Notes: generated by a model from the letters alone, not told the origin. A DNA stretch of 64,000 nt from Octopus vulgaris (GCA_951406725.2 OX597829.1:16244001-16308000); one strand, 5' to 3'; positions 1-14,056 are shown, numbered from the stretch's first letter. Program-made: numbers and translations.

Positions 1-343
1 ACGATGATGATGGTGATAATTTAAAGAATCATTACAGCATATCCTACAATCTCAGATCAGACAAGTATTCCTTTGTGACACAGGCCTTGCTTACCTCCTA
101 TTTTAGGTTAGTTTCAATGGTACAGCTATGATCTATTGTTATGCCATCAAGTCATGCTTAGATGTGAATTGTAACTTGAGTGTAAGCCTGTTGTGGAGCA
201 AAGTTGACAGCTCAAACTAAGCTAATTAGAAATGTCAACAGTTACTCTGACCTGGAAAAACAATACTGTACCATAAATTATAATTCCAAGTTTGTGCTGA
301 TAGAACAATAAGGGTTTATTCATTGTTCTCCAGTCAAAACTAG

Positions 344-421
<78 letters not shown>

Positions 422-459
422 AAGAGAGAGAGTGTCTGTACACATATACACATACATAT

Positions 460-1268
460 ATATATAAACAAGTTTGATTGAATCGTTCCAAAGCTTTGAT
501 GAGCCAAGGATATGTAGTCCAAATCTCAGAAGAATATAAAAGAGCAGTTAAAATCCCAAAGATTCATAGATGTTGAGCATGGTTTTAATAGAGATATCTC
601 TGTCGGATTACATATGACTTTTGAGTCTTCCAAATACATTTAAGTAGTGATTACCACTTAATTAGAGAAGAAAACCCTCTTTTCAATCAGTAAATGTCAT
701 CATGAAATCTCACATACCTAGCAAGTCTAGGTTTGGGACAAACAGACTGTACAGCAGATGTTAGAAGCATTCTCAGGCAGAAGTGTGTTTGGGATTGAAG
801 TTAAGGTCTGTTCAAGAACTGATATTTTCAAGATGGTCTGCTTGATTCTCCGTGACTGAAATACTTTACAACCATTCTCTCCAAACTGATCGATTTTCCA
901 TCATCTGTTCCCAATTTTCAACAGTCACACTAAGAACCTTATAGTTGCTTTTGACGGAATCCCTAAAACATTTCTTAAGTTTATGCCTCAGATATTTACC
1001 ATGTTGCAACTCCCTGTAAAACAACTGCTTAGGTAACCTGTCATCATGCATCCTTGTAAGGACACCCAATGGATCTGATAGGGTAGGAGAAGCATTTCAG
1101 TACTGTATGTGTTGTCTTGCTGCCTGGTGTTACAGCTGTCTGGTGTTACAGATGGCCATTTGACATTTAAGGTCCTGCTAAGGAAAGTTTGATTGAATCT
1201 TCCCAAAGCCTTGATGTGATGACAGTATGTAGTCCAAATCTCAGAAGAGTATTGAATAACAGTTAAGA
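460..1268 (-). mobile_element. Degraded RTE-clade LINE ORF fragments (about 460-560 and 830-1268)
   Basis: Peptides YSSEIWTTY..HIKALGRFNQTFLSRTLNVKW and MHDDRLPKQLFYRELQHGK..KCFRDSVK..NRSVWR are typical of the RTE post-RT C-terminus; 460-560 repeats 1186-1266. Confidence 0.8.
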
Positions 1269-1269
1269 T

Positions 1270-1650
1270 GTTTCGCCTTACTGGCACTTGTGCCCCGTGC
1301 TAGTAGGGTGCTAAGAGCACCGTCCGAGCGTGATCGTTGCCAGAGCGACAAACTGGCTTCCGTGCCAGTGGCATGTAGGAGGCACCATTCGAGTGGGATC
1401 ATTACCAGCATCACCTTACTGGCACCTGTGCCATTGGCATGTGTAAAAAAAATTTCGAGCAAGGTCGTTGCCAGTACTGCCTGACTGATCCACGTGCCGG
1501 TGGCACGTAAAAGCACCCACTACACTCTCAGAGTGGTTGGCGTTAGGAAGGGCATCCAGCTGTAGAAACTCTGCCAGATCAAGATTGGAGCCTGGTGCAG
1601 CTATCTGGTTCGCCAGCCCTCAGTCAAACCGTCCAACCAATGCTATCATC
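1270..1650 (+). mobile_element. RTE LINE 3' end family with internal GTGCCGGTGGCAC units and (GAT)n tail. Other copies about 9950-10150, 22470-22842, 31845-32208, 37340-37708, 49050-49562, 50745-51136, 53315-53678 (+) and 61740-62025 (-)
   Basis: Shared GGTTGGCGTTAGGAAGGGCATCCAGCTGTAGAAAC...CCAACCCATGCTAGCATGG core ending in GATGATGAT; a diverged copy directly follows the RTE ORF remnant at 19525-20870. Confidence 0.8.
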
Positions 1651-2929
1651 ATCATCTTTTAATGTCTATTTTCTATGCTGCTCTAGATTGGAGGGTCCAA
1701 CAAGATCCAATAGGCCAGAGCCCTAATCCAGCACACCTATGATAAAAGATATTCCAGCAGTGAACATCCCATCTTATATTCAGGCATAGTGTATCTAGGA
1801 CTACATTATCTAAGGTGCTATTTGTTGCTGCTTTTACTGTATAATTGCAGGTGACCTTTGCTCCAACATCTAGCAGATATGAAAATTAAAATGATCTAAG
1901 TATTCTTTTATCTTTTGCTTATTTCAGTCACTGGACTGTGGTCATGCTGGAGCATTGTTTTGAAGGTTTTCTTCAAGCTTCTAAGTTACAAGGATGTAAG
2001 CAAACCAATACTAGTTGTCAGGAAGTAATGGGGTGGGGTCAAGCAAAGACACAAATACACACACACAGGCATGCACAAATGTATTTCTCTCTACCAATCC
2101 TGTCAAAATGCTTTGGTTGGCCCCAGGACTTTAGTAGAAGACACTTGCCTTAAGTGGAACTGAACCTGAATGACATGTTTTGGAAGTAAACTTCTAATCA
2201 CACAGCCATGCTTGCACCTACAACTCTTCTACAGTATAATTGCTGGTGAACAGATTGATGATATAAGTAGTGCCAAATATGACCTTCCTGTCTGGTTTGG
2301 ATTGCCTTTGGTGATATTACATAATGTGTTCTTTGCTTTTTTTTTTAAGATGGAAGGGCATGATTTTTTTGGGGTGACTTGGTGGTTATTTCTAAGCAAA
2401 TTGTGGTTCTCCCATTGGCTAAGGAACAGAAAGTTGTTTTGGAGGTTAGGGTAGAGAGAAAAAGAGATGGAGTGAAATGGGTAGAATTTAAGAAAAAATA
2501 AATGGTAAAGCGAATAGTGCAAGAAATTAAGTATGAGATTGGAATGAAGCTGGCACTTTTGAAAGAGCAATGACTCTTTTAGTACCAATTATGAGGGCAG
2601 AAAGGAGAGATGTTACTAAATAGTGAAGGATGAAAGAAAAAAAAAGAATCCATTCCTTGGAAGAAGGCTTAACGCCAAGTTTTATAAATATAGTCAAAAA
2701 TTCCATCATGAAAGGAATTTGAGCTTTGTAGAGAGAAAACAATTGCTTAGATGGAACTTAAGTACATTCTGTGCTATGTAAAGAAAACTCTGAAATCTTT
2801 CTGATGTGGTCAGGAAGGGGTGCGATGGCAGCAAGAGAAATGGAGGAAAGAGAAGAACTGATGCAGAGGTTCAGATAACAAATTGTAACAGGAGTTGATT
2901 TATAAGGATCCAGATGAACTAGGACATTG

Positions 2930-3850
<921 letters not shown>

Positions 3851-4308
3851 GAGCCAATACACTGATATAGATAACCAAAAAGGATGCACGGACATACACA
3901 CACACACAAGCAGAGACTCAGAAGCAAATACACTCAAACAAACATACACACATGCACACTTATTAATAGGCCAAATATTTTGGCAACAAAATTAGGTTAA
4001 CATATATTTCCAAAATAATAACAATAACAACAACATCAACTTTGAACATTTTTATTAACCTTGAACAAAGGTTGGGACCCATATTTTTTATGATGGAAGT
4101 ACACTTAAGTTAATAGCCGTTCAAAAAAAAACAGTTTAACCTCATTTTTTTCATAAATTGCAATTCGGTAACATGATGTAATCACATATATATATATCAT
4201 CATCATCATCATCGTTTAACGTCCGCTTTCCGTGCTAGCATGGGTTGGACGATTTTGACAGAGGGCTGGTGAACCAGATGGCTGCACCAGGCTCCAATCT
4301 TGATATAT

Positions 4309-4503
4309 ATAGGGAGAATTCACGAAAAAAACAAAAGACGAAGACAGGTGGTGTAGAGAAAACAAACAGATGTATTAGTATAATGCTCGGGAATTTAAAG
4401 AGTCTTTAATGTTTTGAGCCTATGCTCTTCCACAGAAAGGAACACAGAAAGAAACAAGGAGAGAAAGAAAATGTGTGTAGTGGCTACTTATCTATCATGG
4501 TGA

Positions 4504-4505
<2 letters not shown>
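4309..4505 (-). mobile_element. Short (TA)n-embedded element with hammerhead-like motif (family also at 38205-38395 + and truncated 62805-62901 +)
   Basis: Three alignable copies, all flanked by (TA)n. Minus-strand 4404-4439 reads cttt CTGTGGA A GAGC atag GCTC AAAACATT aaag (CpG-decayed GAAACGT). Confidence 0.65.
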
Positions 4506-4538
<33 letters not shown>

Positions 4539-5049
4539 TATATATATAAAAGCACGGCTGTGTGGTTGAATTGTTTTTTTTTCCCAACTACATAATTCTG
4601 GGTTCAGTTCCACAACTTAGCACCTTGAACAAATGTCTTATGGCTTCAGGTCGGCAAAAACTTTATGCCAGATCTGATAGGCAGAAACTGAAAAAACCTG
4701 TGAAATATATATATATATACATATATTGTTGTATTTCGGGATGGTCATTTTTTTTTCCGCAAATATACACACACATTGTATATTTTTTCTTCACTCATTT
4801 ATTACTGTTCTTATTTTATTATTTTAATTCATGTCCATAACTGGAAATCTTTCATCACACATCTGTGACCTCTTCAGCAACAGCATCTGTGAAGAGGTTA
4901 CAGATGCAACACACAATTTCACATCAGGAATCTTGCAAAATGAATTGAGTTATATACTACACACATACACACATACACACACATATATACAATTGCAGCA
5001 TGGAAGGTGTTTATAAGTTATTTAAGAAACACACAAAAACTGTTAGATT

Positions 5050-5655
5050 CACTTGAACTTTCAGCGCTTTCATTCTGTTACAGAATGTATCCATGTTATA
5101 TCCATGCTATACTAATAAGATGTCCCCAGTGCAAGCCATACAAGCATTTCAAAGACAATCTTAAAAACACTCTTAAAAAGATCGGCTTTGGTACTAACAC
5201 CTAGAAAGCTCTTCATCAGACAAGTATCTGTGGAGGAATTTGATTGCTACTAGTGTTAAAAAAATTGAGAACAACAGGGTTGCATACACTGAGCTGAAAC
5301 ATCCTGGCAAATATATGAAGGATATGAACCCTCTCACTGAGAGGAGCACAAACCAGTGTGGCCATGTGACCAGTGTGGCTATGGCTGCTTCTCAAAAGCA
5401 GGTCTACTTAGCCACAAGCATGGTCACAGATGCAACCCATCGTGTTCTCTCATGTACCTTGTGTAAGTAGAGTGGGCTGGTTGCTGCCAGGGAGCGATTT
5501 GTGGTAGGTGTGGAATGACCTCAAAGTCCCTTGCAGGCCTTAGGAACCATAATGAGACATCATCAGTAATGGGGAGACCAAATGTCAGATGTTTCTCAGA
5601 ATGGAATGGGTCTGGGAACTGGTCTTACTTGGTAACATTTTGACTTACACCATGT
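5050..5655 (+). mobile_element. RTE LINE 3' remnant with C-terminal C2H2-like knuckle (second copy about 30700-31185)
   Basis: KHFKDNLKNTLKK...LWRNLIATSVKKIENNRVAYTELK...CDQCG; about 450 bp aligns with 30700-31185. Confidence 0.7.
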
Positions 5656-5681
5656 GTATGTGTGTGTATATATATATATAT

Positions 5682-5902
5682 TGTTGTTGTATTTCGGAAT
5701 GGTCATTTTGCCAGTTTAGCCAATAAAAACACACACACTATATATTTGGTGTTGATTTGCTTCAGTGTTATTTATTTTTTACATTAATCTTAATTTTATT
5801 TCAGCCAGAGTTTTATTGGCTTAACTGGCAAAATGACCATTCCTAAATACAACAACATCTGTTTCAACACACAATTTCACATCAAGAATCTTGCAAAACA
5901 AA
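5682..5902 (+). repeat. Fold-back element: 47-bp inverted arms (5682-5728 / 5811-5857), 82-bp spacer, short tail, between (TA)n
   Basis: Arms differ at 2 positions; related copy at about 4725-4950 shares the start and tail. Confidence 0.85.
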
Positions 5903-5912
5903 TATATAAACG

Positions 5913-5944
<32 letters not shown>

Positions 5945-6092
5945 TACACACACAACTTTTCATAAACACATTCAAAGGATAAAAGGAAACATCAACCCCA
6001 GTGAAATCTGAACCCAGAATATGAAGATAGATGAAATGCTACTAAGCATTTTGTCCAGTACACTAACCAATTCTGCCAGCTCACCACCTTAA

Positions 6093-6159
<67 letters not shown>

Positions 6160-7083
6160 ACATGTCAGAAAAGAACAAAAATATGTCAGAAGAAAAATAA
6201 AAGAGAGAAATAAAAAATAGATGCAATAACCGCACCAACAATTTGTGCTAATAAACTAGGTCATATGGCAAGCTTTTCTTAATCTCTTTATTCCAGGTAA
6301 AAACCTAACCTACATTACTAATTACCTGTAAACTGACTTTATTTTGGTAAGCCCCGGAATTAGTGCATCAGTAATTTAAGCCTCTTAAATTAGATTACTT
6401 TGTAATAGGTTCTTATGTCTTAGGGAATAAAATTAGAGTCAATTAGTGAGGACATATATATAAATAGATGCAAACAAAAAAGCTTGATTATATATAGGTA
6501 TAGAAACGGAGGGAAATTTTGCACAGTAATGGAAATCATTGTATGATGATATTAACATAATGTTTAAATGTAAAAGAAAAAGTTTACGCTAACTCAGAAC
6601 AAATAAAAAAAAATTGCAGTTGATTTCCAGACTATATTAGAGTTGCTGTGATAATTACAGCACTCGATTATGTAATTATGTCAGTACCAAGCTCAACAAG
6701 GTAGGCTTTACATAACCAGAAAAGTTGAGAGCCAATCATTGGGTATGACTGAAAATGGATGATGAAACCTGGCTGGAGAGGTGATGATCCCTACTCAGTT
6801 GTGTGGGTGGAGGCCTCACATCAGTGATGAGGGCTATCAAGAAGAAGGCCTCAAAATAGTGCACATTCTCTCCTGATGACCCTTGAAACCTACTGGCATC
6901 AGGTATGCTGAATTTCCAACTGACTGCATTCACACATACAAGCTGTTTCCAAGCATCGACAAATTACAGTTACAAACTTTTAATAAAACTGTGAAAATAT
7001 GTGAAGTATCACCTTTAGTATACAGATATACTTATGAAGATTTATAAGCATATGTATAAGTCAAGGTGCATACATTAAAATGT

Positions 7084-7458
7084 ATCTTTTACTAGCACTA
7101 TGACCTGGCAATGCCGGGTCATAGTGCTAGTGCATGCATATACAGCTGTGTGAGTGTGCACATACACGCGAGTACTGTCCAAATCTCCGACCAATCACAT
7201 ACAGCTAGCTGGCATTCAATTGGCATATCAAGTTTCGGGCATTTTGATTGGGTTTTGGATAGAAAATTCACAAAAAAGTAACTTCTATTGATTTTTTAAC
7301 AGCTTTGCGGGGTGACTGGGGAAATGTAAAGATGTGCACAACCACCCTTGGATGGTTTTGAATGACCATTCAAAGAGCGAGCCCTTTAACTGAAAAATTG
7401 TGGATTTGTATAAAGGACACACACACACAGACATTTAGCCATTTATATATAGAGAGAT
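7084..7458 (+). mobile_element. Helentron/DINE-like non-autonomous element (similar architecture at about 49576-49853)
   Basis: 5' ACTAG-initiated 19-bp hairpin (7091-7131) and 3' (AC)n-ACAGAC...TATATATAGAGAGAT end; class assigned from architecture only. Confidence 0.5.
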
Positions 7459-8779
7459 TTTTCAATTGTGTCAGTCATTGGACTGAAGACATGCGGGAGT
7501 ACCATTCTGAAGGGATTTAGTCAAACGAATAATCCCAGTAATAATTTTTTTAAAAGTCTGGTAATCATTAAATCAGTCTCTTTTGCCAAACTGGTAAGTT
7601 ACAGGGGCTGTAAACAAACCAAGCGATGGTGATGGACAAGGACACTCCCCCACACACATATAAATATATATTTCCTTACTACCCACAAGGGGTTAAACAC
7701 AGAGGGGACAAACAAGGACAGACAAATAGATTAAGTCGATTACATCAACCCCAGTGTGTAACAGGTACTTAATTTATGGACCCCGAAAGGATGAAAGGCA
7801 AAGTCAACCTTGGCGGAATTTGAACCCAGAATGTAACGGCAGACGAAATATGGCTACGCATTTTGCCCAGCGTGCAAATGTTTCTGCCAGCCGTCGCCTA
7901 TAATTATATAACAGGTTTCTTTCAGTTTTCACCAACCAAATTTTCTTACATTGCTTTGGTTGGCCCAGGGCTATAGAAGACACTTGACCAAGATGCCAAG
8001 CAGTGGGGACTGAACCCAGAACTATATGGTTGGGAAGCAAACATCTTAACAAAAAATCAAACTTGCACCTATGTCTATGTTCCAACACACAAAACAAATA
8101 TAGATACACAATATGGATAGTCTCTTGTAGTTTGGGGAAAATGGTTCTACAATTTCTGGCTGAACATTTAGCACAAATGGTTTGTTTACAGTGACTGAAC
8201 GTATGTACCGTGTATTAGTTCACTCCCTCCATCAAGTCAATGTTGTCTGAACAGCTGCATGGTGTACCACATGTTAGATATTGAGGTGGTTGTAGAACAA
8301 TGTGAGATGAAGTGTCTTGCTCAAGAATACATATTTCTTTATTACCCACAAGGGGCTAAACACAGAGGAGACAAACAAGGACAAACGGATTAAGTCGATT
8401 ATATCGACCCCAGTGTGTAACTGGTACTTATTTAATCGACCCAGAAAGGATGAAAGGTAAAGTCAACCTCGGCGGAATTTGAACTCAGAAAGTAGTGGCA
8501 GACGAAATACCGCTGAGCATTTCGCCCGGCGTGCTAACGTTTCTGCCAGCTTGTTGCCTTAAAGAATACAATGCATTAAAATGCTCAAGAATACAATGCA
8601 CTACCTGGTCCAGGAATTGAAACCACAATTTTAGTGATCATGAGTGCAACACTCTAACCACTAGGCCATTCACCCATGATATATATACATAGCTGTATTA
8701 TGACTTAGTTGATGTTGTTTAAATTCCAATAAAAGGGTCTTGCTTCAAGGTTAGAAATTATCACTTTTGTTATTACTCT

Positions 8780-9180
8780 ACTCTTTTTACTCTTTTACTT
8801 GTTTCAGTCATTTGACGGTGGCCATGCTGGAGCACCGCCGCCTTTAGTTGAGGAAATCGATCCCAGGACTTATTCTTTGTAAGCCTAGTACTTATTCTAT
8901 CAGTCACTTTTGCCAAACCGCTAAGTTACAGGGACGTAAACACACCAGCATCATTTGTCAAGCAATGTTGGGGGGACAAACACAGACACACAAACACACA
9001 CATATGTATATACATATATACGACAGGCTTCTTTCAATTTCCGTCTACCAAATCCACTCACAAGGCTTTGGTCAGCCTGAGGCTATAGTAGAAGACACTC
9101 GCCCAAGGTGCCATGCAGTGGGACTGAACCTGGAACCATGTGGTTGGAAAGCAAGCTACTTACCACACAGCCACTCCTGG
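8780..9180 (-). mobile_element. tRNA-derived SINE family B with CORE-like box and internal (CA)n. Further copies about 12760-13112, 13775-14225, 21710-22062, 46290-46628, 52055-52465 (-) and 55468-56070 (+)
   Basis: Head GGCTGTGTGG...GGTTCAGTCCC (A/B boxes), then GCACCTTGGGCAAGTGTCTT; tail AAACAAGTAAAAGAGTAAAA; more than ten copies. Confidence 0.85.
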
Positions 9181-10142
9181 TGAGAAATTATTGGTGAGAA
9201 ATTTTAAATATGAAATACTGCGCCACCTCTATTTGTGTCCAATCACCACATTTCTCTTCCCTTCCACTTTCCACTTCGCAATCTCAAAAACTTACCCTTT
9301 CACCCTAACAAATCCCTGGTTCCACTTCACCTAACTTGAGTGCACTCCTGTCACATCTTTTCTCTCACGTTTTAAATATAAAACACTGCATTCCCTCCAT
9401 TCATGTCCACTCAACATTTCCGTCTTCCCCTCCACCTCCCAATCACCTTTGACAATCTCAAAAACTTACCCACCCACACACCCTATCAAATTCTTTGGTT
9501 CCACTTCACTTATATGAGCTGGCAGACATGTTAGCGTGCCAGGCAAAATGCTTAGCGGTATTTCATCTGCCATTACGTTCTGAGTTCAAATTCTGCCAAG
9601 GTCAACTTTGCCTTTCATCCTTTCAGGGTAGATAAATAAAGTACCAGTTTTGCTCTGGGGTCGATGTAATCGACTTAATCCCTTTGTTTGTCCTTGTTTG
9701 TCCCCTCTATGTTTAGCCCCTTGTGGGCAATAAAGAAATAAGATACTTGGTAACCTTGCTGGTGCCAAGTAAAAAAGTACCCAATACTTTCTGTAAAGTG
9801 GAAACCGGAGTAATCGTGTATCTCCTCTACTGCAAGACACCTATTTCTCTCCCTCTATTCATAATCAGACCCATGATCACCTGACACAAAACCACTTCCC
9901 TCCAATCAATCAAGGGATTGTGTCTTACACAAGTTGTTTGGCAACCCCACTGCTGTTGGTGCCACATATAATATAAAAAGCACCCAGTCCACTCTATAAT
10001 GTGGTCAACATTAGGAAGGGCATCCAGCTGTAGAAAACCATGCCAAAGCAGGCAGACAGACAATAGAGCTTGGAACAGTTCTCTGGCTTACCAGCTCCAA
10101 TCAAACTCTCCAACCCATACCAGTATGGAAAATGGACGTTAA

Positions 10143-10882
10143 ATGATGATGATTATGAGGAGGAGGAGGAGGGTGATGATGATGATGATGGTGACGATGA
10201 GGATGGTGATGATGATGATGATGACAATGAGGATGGTGATGGTGATGATGACGAGGATGATAATGACGATGATGATGATGATGATGATGACGATGAGGAT
10301 GGTGATGATGATGATGACGATGAGGATGGTGATGATGATGATGACGATGAGGATGGTGATGGTGATGACGATGGTGATGATGATGATGATGACGATGAGG
10401 ATGGTGATGGTGATGACGATGGTGATGATGATGATGACGATGAGGATGGTGATGATGATGACGAGGATGGTGATGGTGATGATGATGGTGATGATGATGA
10501 TGATGACGATGAGGATGGTGATGATGATGATGATGATGATGACGATGAGGATGGTGATGACGATGGTGATGATGATGATGATGACGATGAGGATGGTGAT
10601 GGTGATGACGATGGTGATGATGATGATGATGACGATGAGGATGGTGATGGTGATGACGATGGTGATGATGATGATGACGATGAGGATGGTGATGGTGATG
10701 ACGATGGTGATGATGATGATGACGATGAGGATGGTGATAGTGATGATGATGACGATGAGGATGATGATGACGATGGTGATGATGATGACGATGAGGATGG
10801 TGATGATGATGATGACGATGAGGATGGTGATGGTGATGACGATGGTGATGATGATGATGATGACGATGAGGATGATGATGAT
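10143..10882 (+). repeat. Expanded (GAT)-based compound trinucleotide array with higher-order units
   Basis: GAT with interspersed GAC/GAG/GGT; begins at the (GAT)n tail of an RTE 3' end. Confidence 0.95.
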
Positions 10883-11174
10883 GTGCTCTCAGGAGTTCAG
10901 TATTTTAGTTATTGATCAACAGTGTCAAATAAAACATATGATTACAAATTCATTTTATTTTCTCATATTTCAAAGTCAATTTTTTTTTTTTTTTTGTCTT
11001 ATTTTTTTAAGTTACTGAATTCTCAAATTTTATGTCAGTAGAACATCGTAAAAAAGTAAATTGATATATCTGTAGCTTATAGAAATAAACGGATGAATGA
11101 GCCTGAAGAGTAGCTTAGCATTTCTCAACCGTTTTTAGTTCTATGAAAGCCTTAAAATCCATTCCATGTATCAG

Positions 11175-11470
11175 GAGACCATCCAGCCAACTTCTCTCCC
11201 CACTATTCCTGGGAGGCTCATGGAAGAAGAGTCCTTCGGTACCTCCTCCTCCATAGGGTCCTATCAAAAGCAACAATCATTAGACTTTCTGGCTGGATTC
11301 CCAAGTGTGACCAAGTTAAGACTAAAGATATTATTACAACAATTTCGTTTTTGGTCTACCTATTAGTCTCCTGCTGGTTGGCTCAATTTGAAGAATTTGT
11401 CTTGTGATTCTTTCTCTGACATTCTAATCAAAAGTCCATAATAACGTTACAGACTTTTGATTAGAAGGTT
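11175..11470 (-). mobile_element. RTE (Expander-like) LINE 3' remnant; same family as 53855-54320 (+)
   Basis: Aligns in reverse with 54060-54320, which reads LQLHGHMIRTAQEITARQILQAKPISRR..RPKTK..LWRRCLRILLQ. Confidence 0.6.
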
Positions 11471-11613
11471 TGTGACCCCTCGATGTGGAGAAATAGACAT
11501 GACATTGAGGAACTCTCGGATCCCCCCAACCTACACACCCTATCAAGCAATGTTATTTCACAGATCTTTCAGTCCCTGTTAGTCATTACCTTTTAGTCAT
11601 ACTCTTTTAGTCA

Positions 11614-11825
11614 TTAACCTTTTAGCATTCAGATTATTCTGTCAAATGTTATTCTTATTTATTCACATTATTTTCAATTAATTACGCATTATCTCATAAA
11701 TTTGAGATTTCAATGGTGTGCTCATTTTTAGAATGACATTGTAGGGTAGGTGTGAGAGGCAGGATCTGATCAGTTTAAACATAAAACAGGTAGAATATTT
11801 GGACCTGATATGGCTGGATTAAATA
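11614..11825. mobile_element. About 220-bp TTAA-flanked MITE, TIR CCCTTTAGCATT-like (piggyBac-type). Copies about 12075-12303, 25689-25916, 36370-36590, 36620-36842, 48471-48695, 61088-61292
   Basis: TTAACC(C/A)TTTAGCATT...ATGCTAAAGGGTTAA ends; seven alignable copies. Confidence 0.75.
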
Positions 11826-12332
11826 TCATTCATGACCGTAGGTGAGAAGAGACACAAAAACAGAGTTGAAGATAACAAGTTTGGCTTATTTACCAACCTC
11901 TCCTCTTCTGAGGATCAAATGCTGGAAATGGCACACTACTGTACCAGTACCTACAATTCCAGATCCAATTTTGCTTCCTACCCTCTATCACTCACTAATG
12001 TGGTCCCAAGATACTTAAACTTTTCCATTTGTTTATTTTTCTTTCTCTTTGATAAAGTTAAATTTCACAAGAGTTTAATCCTTCAGCATTCAGACTACTC
12101 TTCAAATGTAATCTTTATATCTTCACATTATTTTGAATAACTCATGCATTGTCTCAATAGCTTTGGGATTTCAATGATGTGATAGTTTAATTTTAGAAAT
12201 GACATTGTAAGGTAGGTGTGAAAGGCTGGATCAGGATAGTTTGAATGTAAAACAAATAGAATATTTGAGCTAGATATGATTGATTTGAATACTACAAGGT
12301 TAAATGAATCATAAAACTGTTTTGTACAGTTT

Positions 12333-12567
12333 TTATTTCTTTACTGCCCACAAGGGGCTAAACTCAGAGGGGACAAACAAGGACATACAAACGGATTAAG
12401 TCGATTACATTGACCCCAGTGCGTAACTGGTACTTAATTTATCGACGCCAAAAGGATGAAAGGCAAAGTCGACCTCAGCAGAATTTGAACACAGAACATA
12501 ACAGCAGATGAAATACCGCTAAGCATTTTGCCCGGCGTGCTAAGGTTTCTGCCAGCTCGCCACCTTT
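12333..12567 (-). mobile_element. tRNA-derived SINE family A with 16-bp TSD. Other copies about 7670-7900, 8332-8561, 39157-39378 (-) and 9516-9742, 17617-17865, 51657-51888 (+)
   Basis: Head GGCGAGCTGGCAGAA...GTTCAAATTC (B box); TSD CTGTTTTGTACAGTTT at 12317-12332 and 12568-12583. Confidence 0.9.
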
Positions 12568-13996
12568 CTGTTTTGTACAGTTTGGCGCTATTAAACTAAT
12601 CAGATGAAACAAAGACAGTTTCAGAAATTTTGTCATCATCAAGATTTTAAGATTAAATTCTGCAGCAGTTCTGTTATGAAGAAGTTACTTATTTCCATAG
12701 TTTCTTTACTTCTTCCAAATGCAAACAATTCCCTGCCAGAAAAGATATACTGTGCTATCTTTTATCTTGGACTGTGGCCTTGCTGGAGCACCACCTTGAA
12801 GGTTTTAAGTCTTACAAATCAATCCCAGTACTTTTTTTTTAAGCCTGGTACTTATTCTATCAGTTTCTTTTGCTGAACTACTAAGCTACAGGGACATAAA
12901 TACACCAACACCGGTTGTCAAGCAAAGGTAGGAGATAAACACACACACGCACATACAACAGGCTTCTTTCAGTTTCCATCTGCCAAATCCACTCACAAGA
13001 CTTTGGTCAGCTCAATGCTACAGTAGAAGACACTAGATGAAGTGCCATACACTGAGACTGAACCCAGAACCATGTGGCTGGGAAGCAAGCTACTTACCAC
13101 ACAGCCACGCTTGGGTTTAACTGAAACAACCTAAAATTTTAAAAGCAATCCTTAATTTCTAATTTCCTGTAAAGGTGCGGAGCATTCTCTTTAATTAATG
13201 ACAATTTACAACAGCCTTCGTTATCACGTTTCCAATTACATTGTAATACGACACAGTGACAATGTAAAAGCATACAATAACAGAATTATTGATGTTGTAA
13301 TACTGGGAAGAAATGTGTAAATGTGTGTTTGTGTGTTGGGGGGAGGGGCAGACTTGAGAGGGTTTACAATTTCAATAAATGCTGTTGAAATCTCTCAAAT
13401 TATTTGGTGATTTACATTTAATTTCCAATAGGGACTTCCTATTTGATTTTGTTTACTTGTGAATTTCTGACAAACTTACGAGTAAATAAATATTTATTCA
13501 ATTTATGATCATATAAAAAAAAACATGAAATAGATGTAGCCGTGAAGAAAGAAGTATTTTCCATGTAACTGATCTATTTCTGTCCCTTTACATTCATTCT
13601 GTAAAGTGGGGGCATCGGCAAGGGTAAGCCAGTAGCCATATAAACATTGCCAAGGCAAGACACAAGAGCTTGGCACACAGTCTTCCGACTTGCCAGCTCC
13701 TGTCAAGTCATCTAACTCATACCAGCATAAAAATCGAACAGTAAATCATGATGGCGACAATCCAATAAGTTTCATACTCTTTTACTGGTTTCAGTCATTT
13801 GACTGAGGTCATACTGGAGCACCACCTTTAGTCGAGCAAATCAATACCCAGGACATATTCTTTGTAAGCCTAGTACTTATTCTATCAGTCTCTTTTGCTG
13901 AACCGCTAAGTTACGGGGGGTGTAAGCCCACCAGCAACGGCTGTCAAGCAATGTTGGGGGAACAGACACACAAATATATACACACACACACACACA

Positions 13997-14056
<60 letters not shown>

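Noticed and set aside
6874-6895. CTGATGACCCTTGAAAC hammerhead candidate
   Set aside because: No stem II, and the homologous repeat at about 48300 lacks GAAA.
9596-9604. CCAAGGTCA as an ERR autoregulatory element (also about 30687)
   Set aside because: Arises by CpG decay within a high-copy SINE; no independent support.
10070-11018. Poly-Asp and poly-Met ORFs as an acidic (e.g. biomineralisation) protein
   Set aside because: They start inside a LINE 3' end, have no signal peptide or splice context, and lie antisense in the ERR intron.
11103-11155. CTGAAGA...GAAA hammerhead candidate
   Set aside because: Only a weak stem II; no stem I and no clean stem III.
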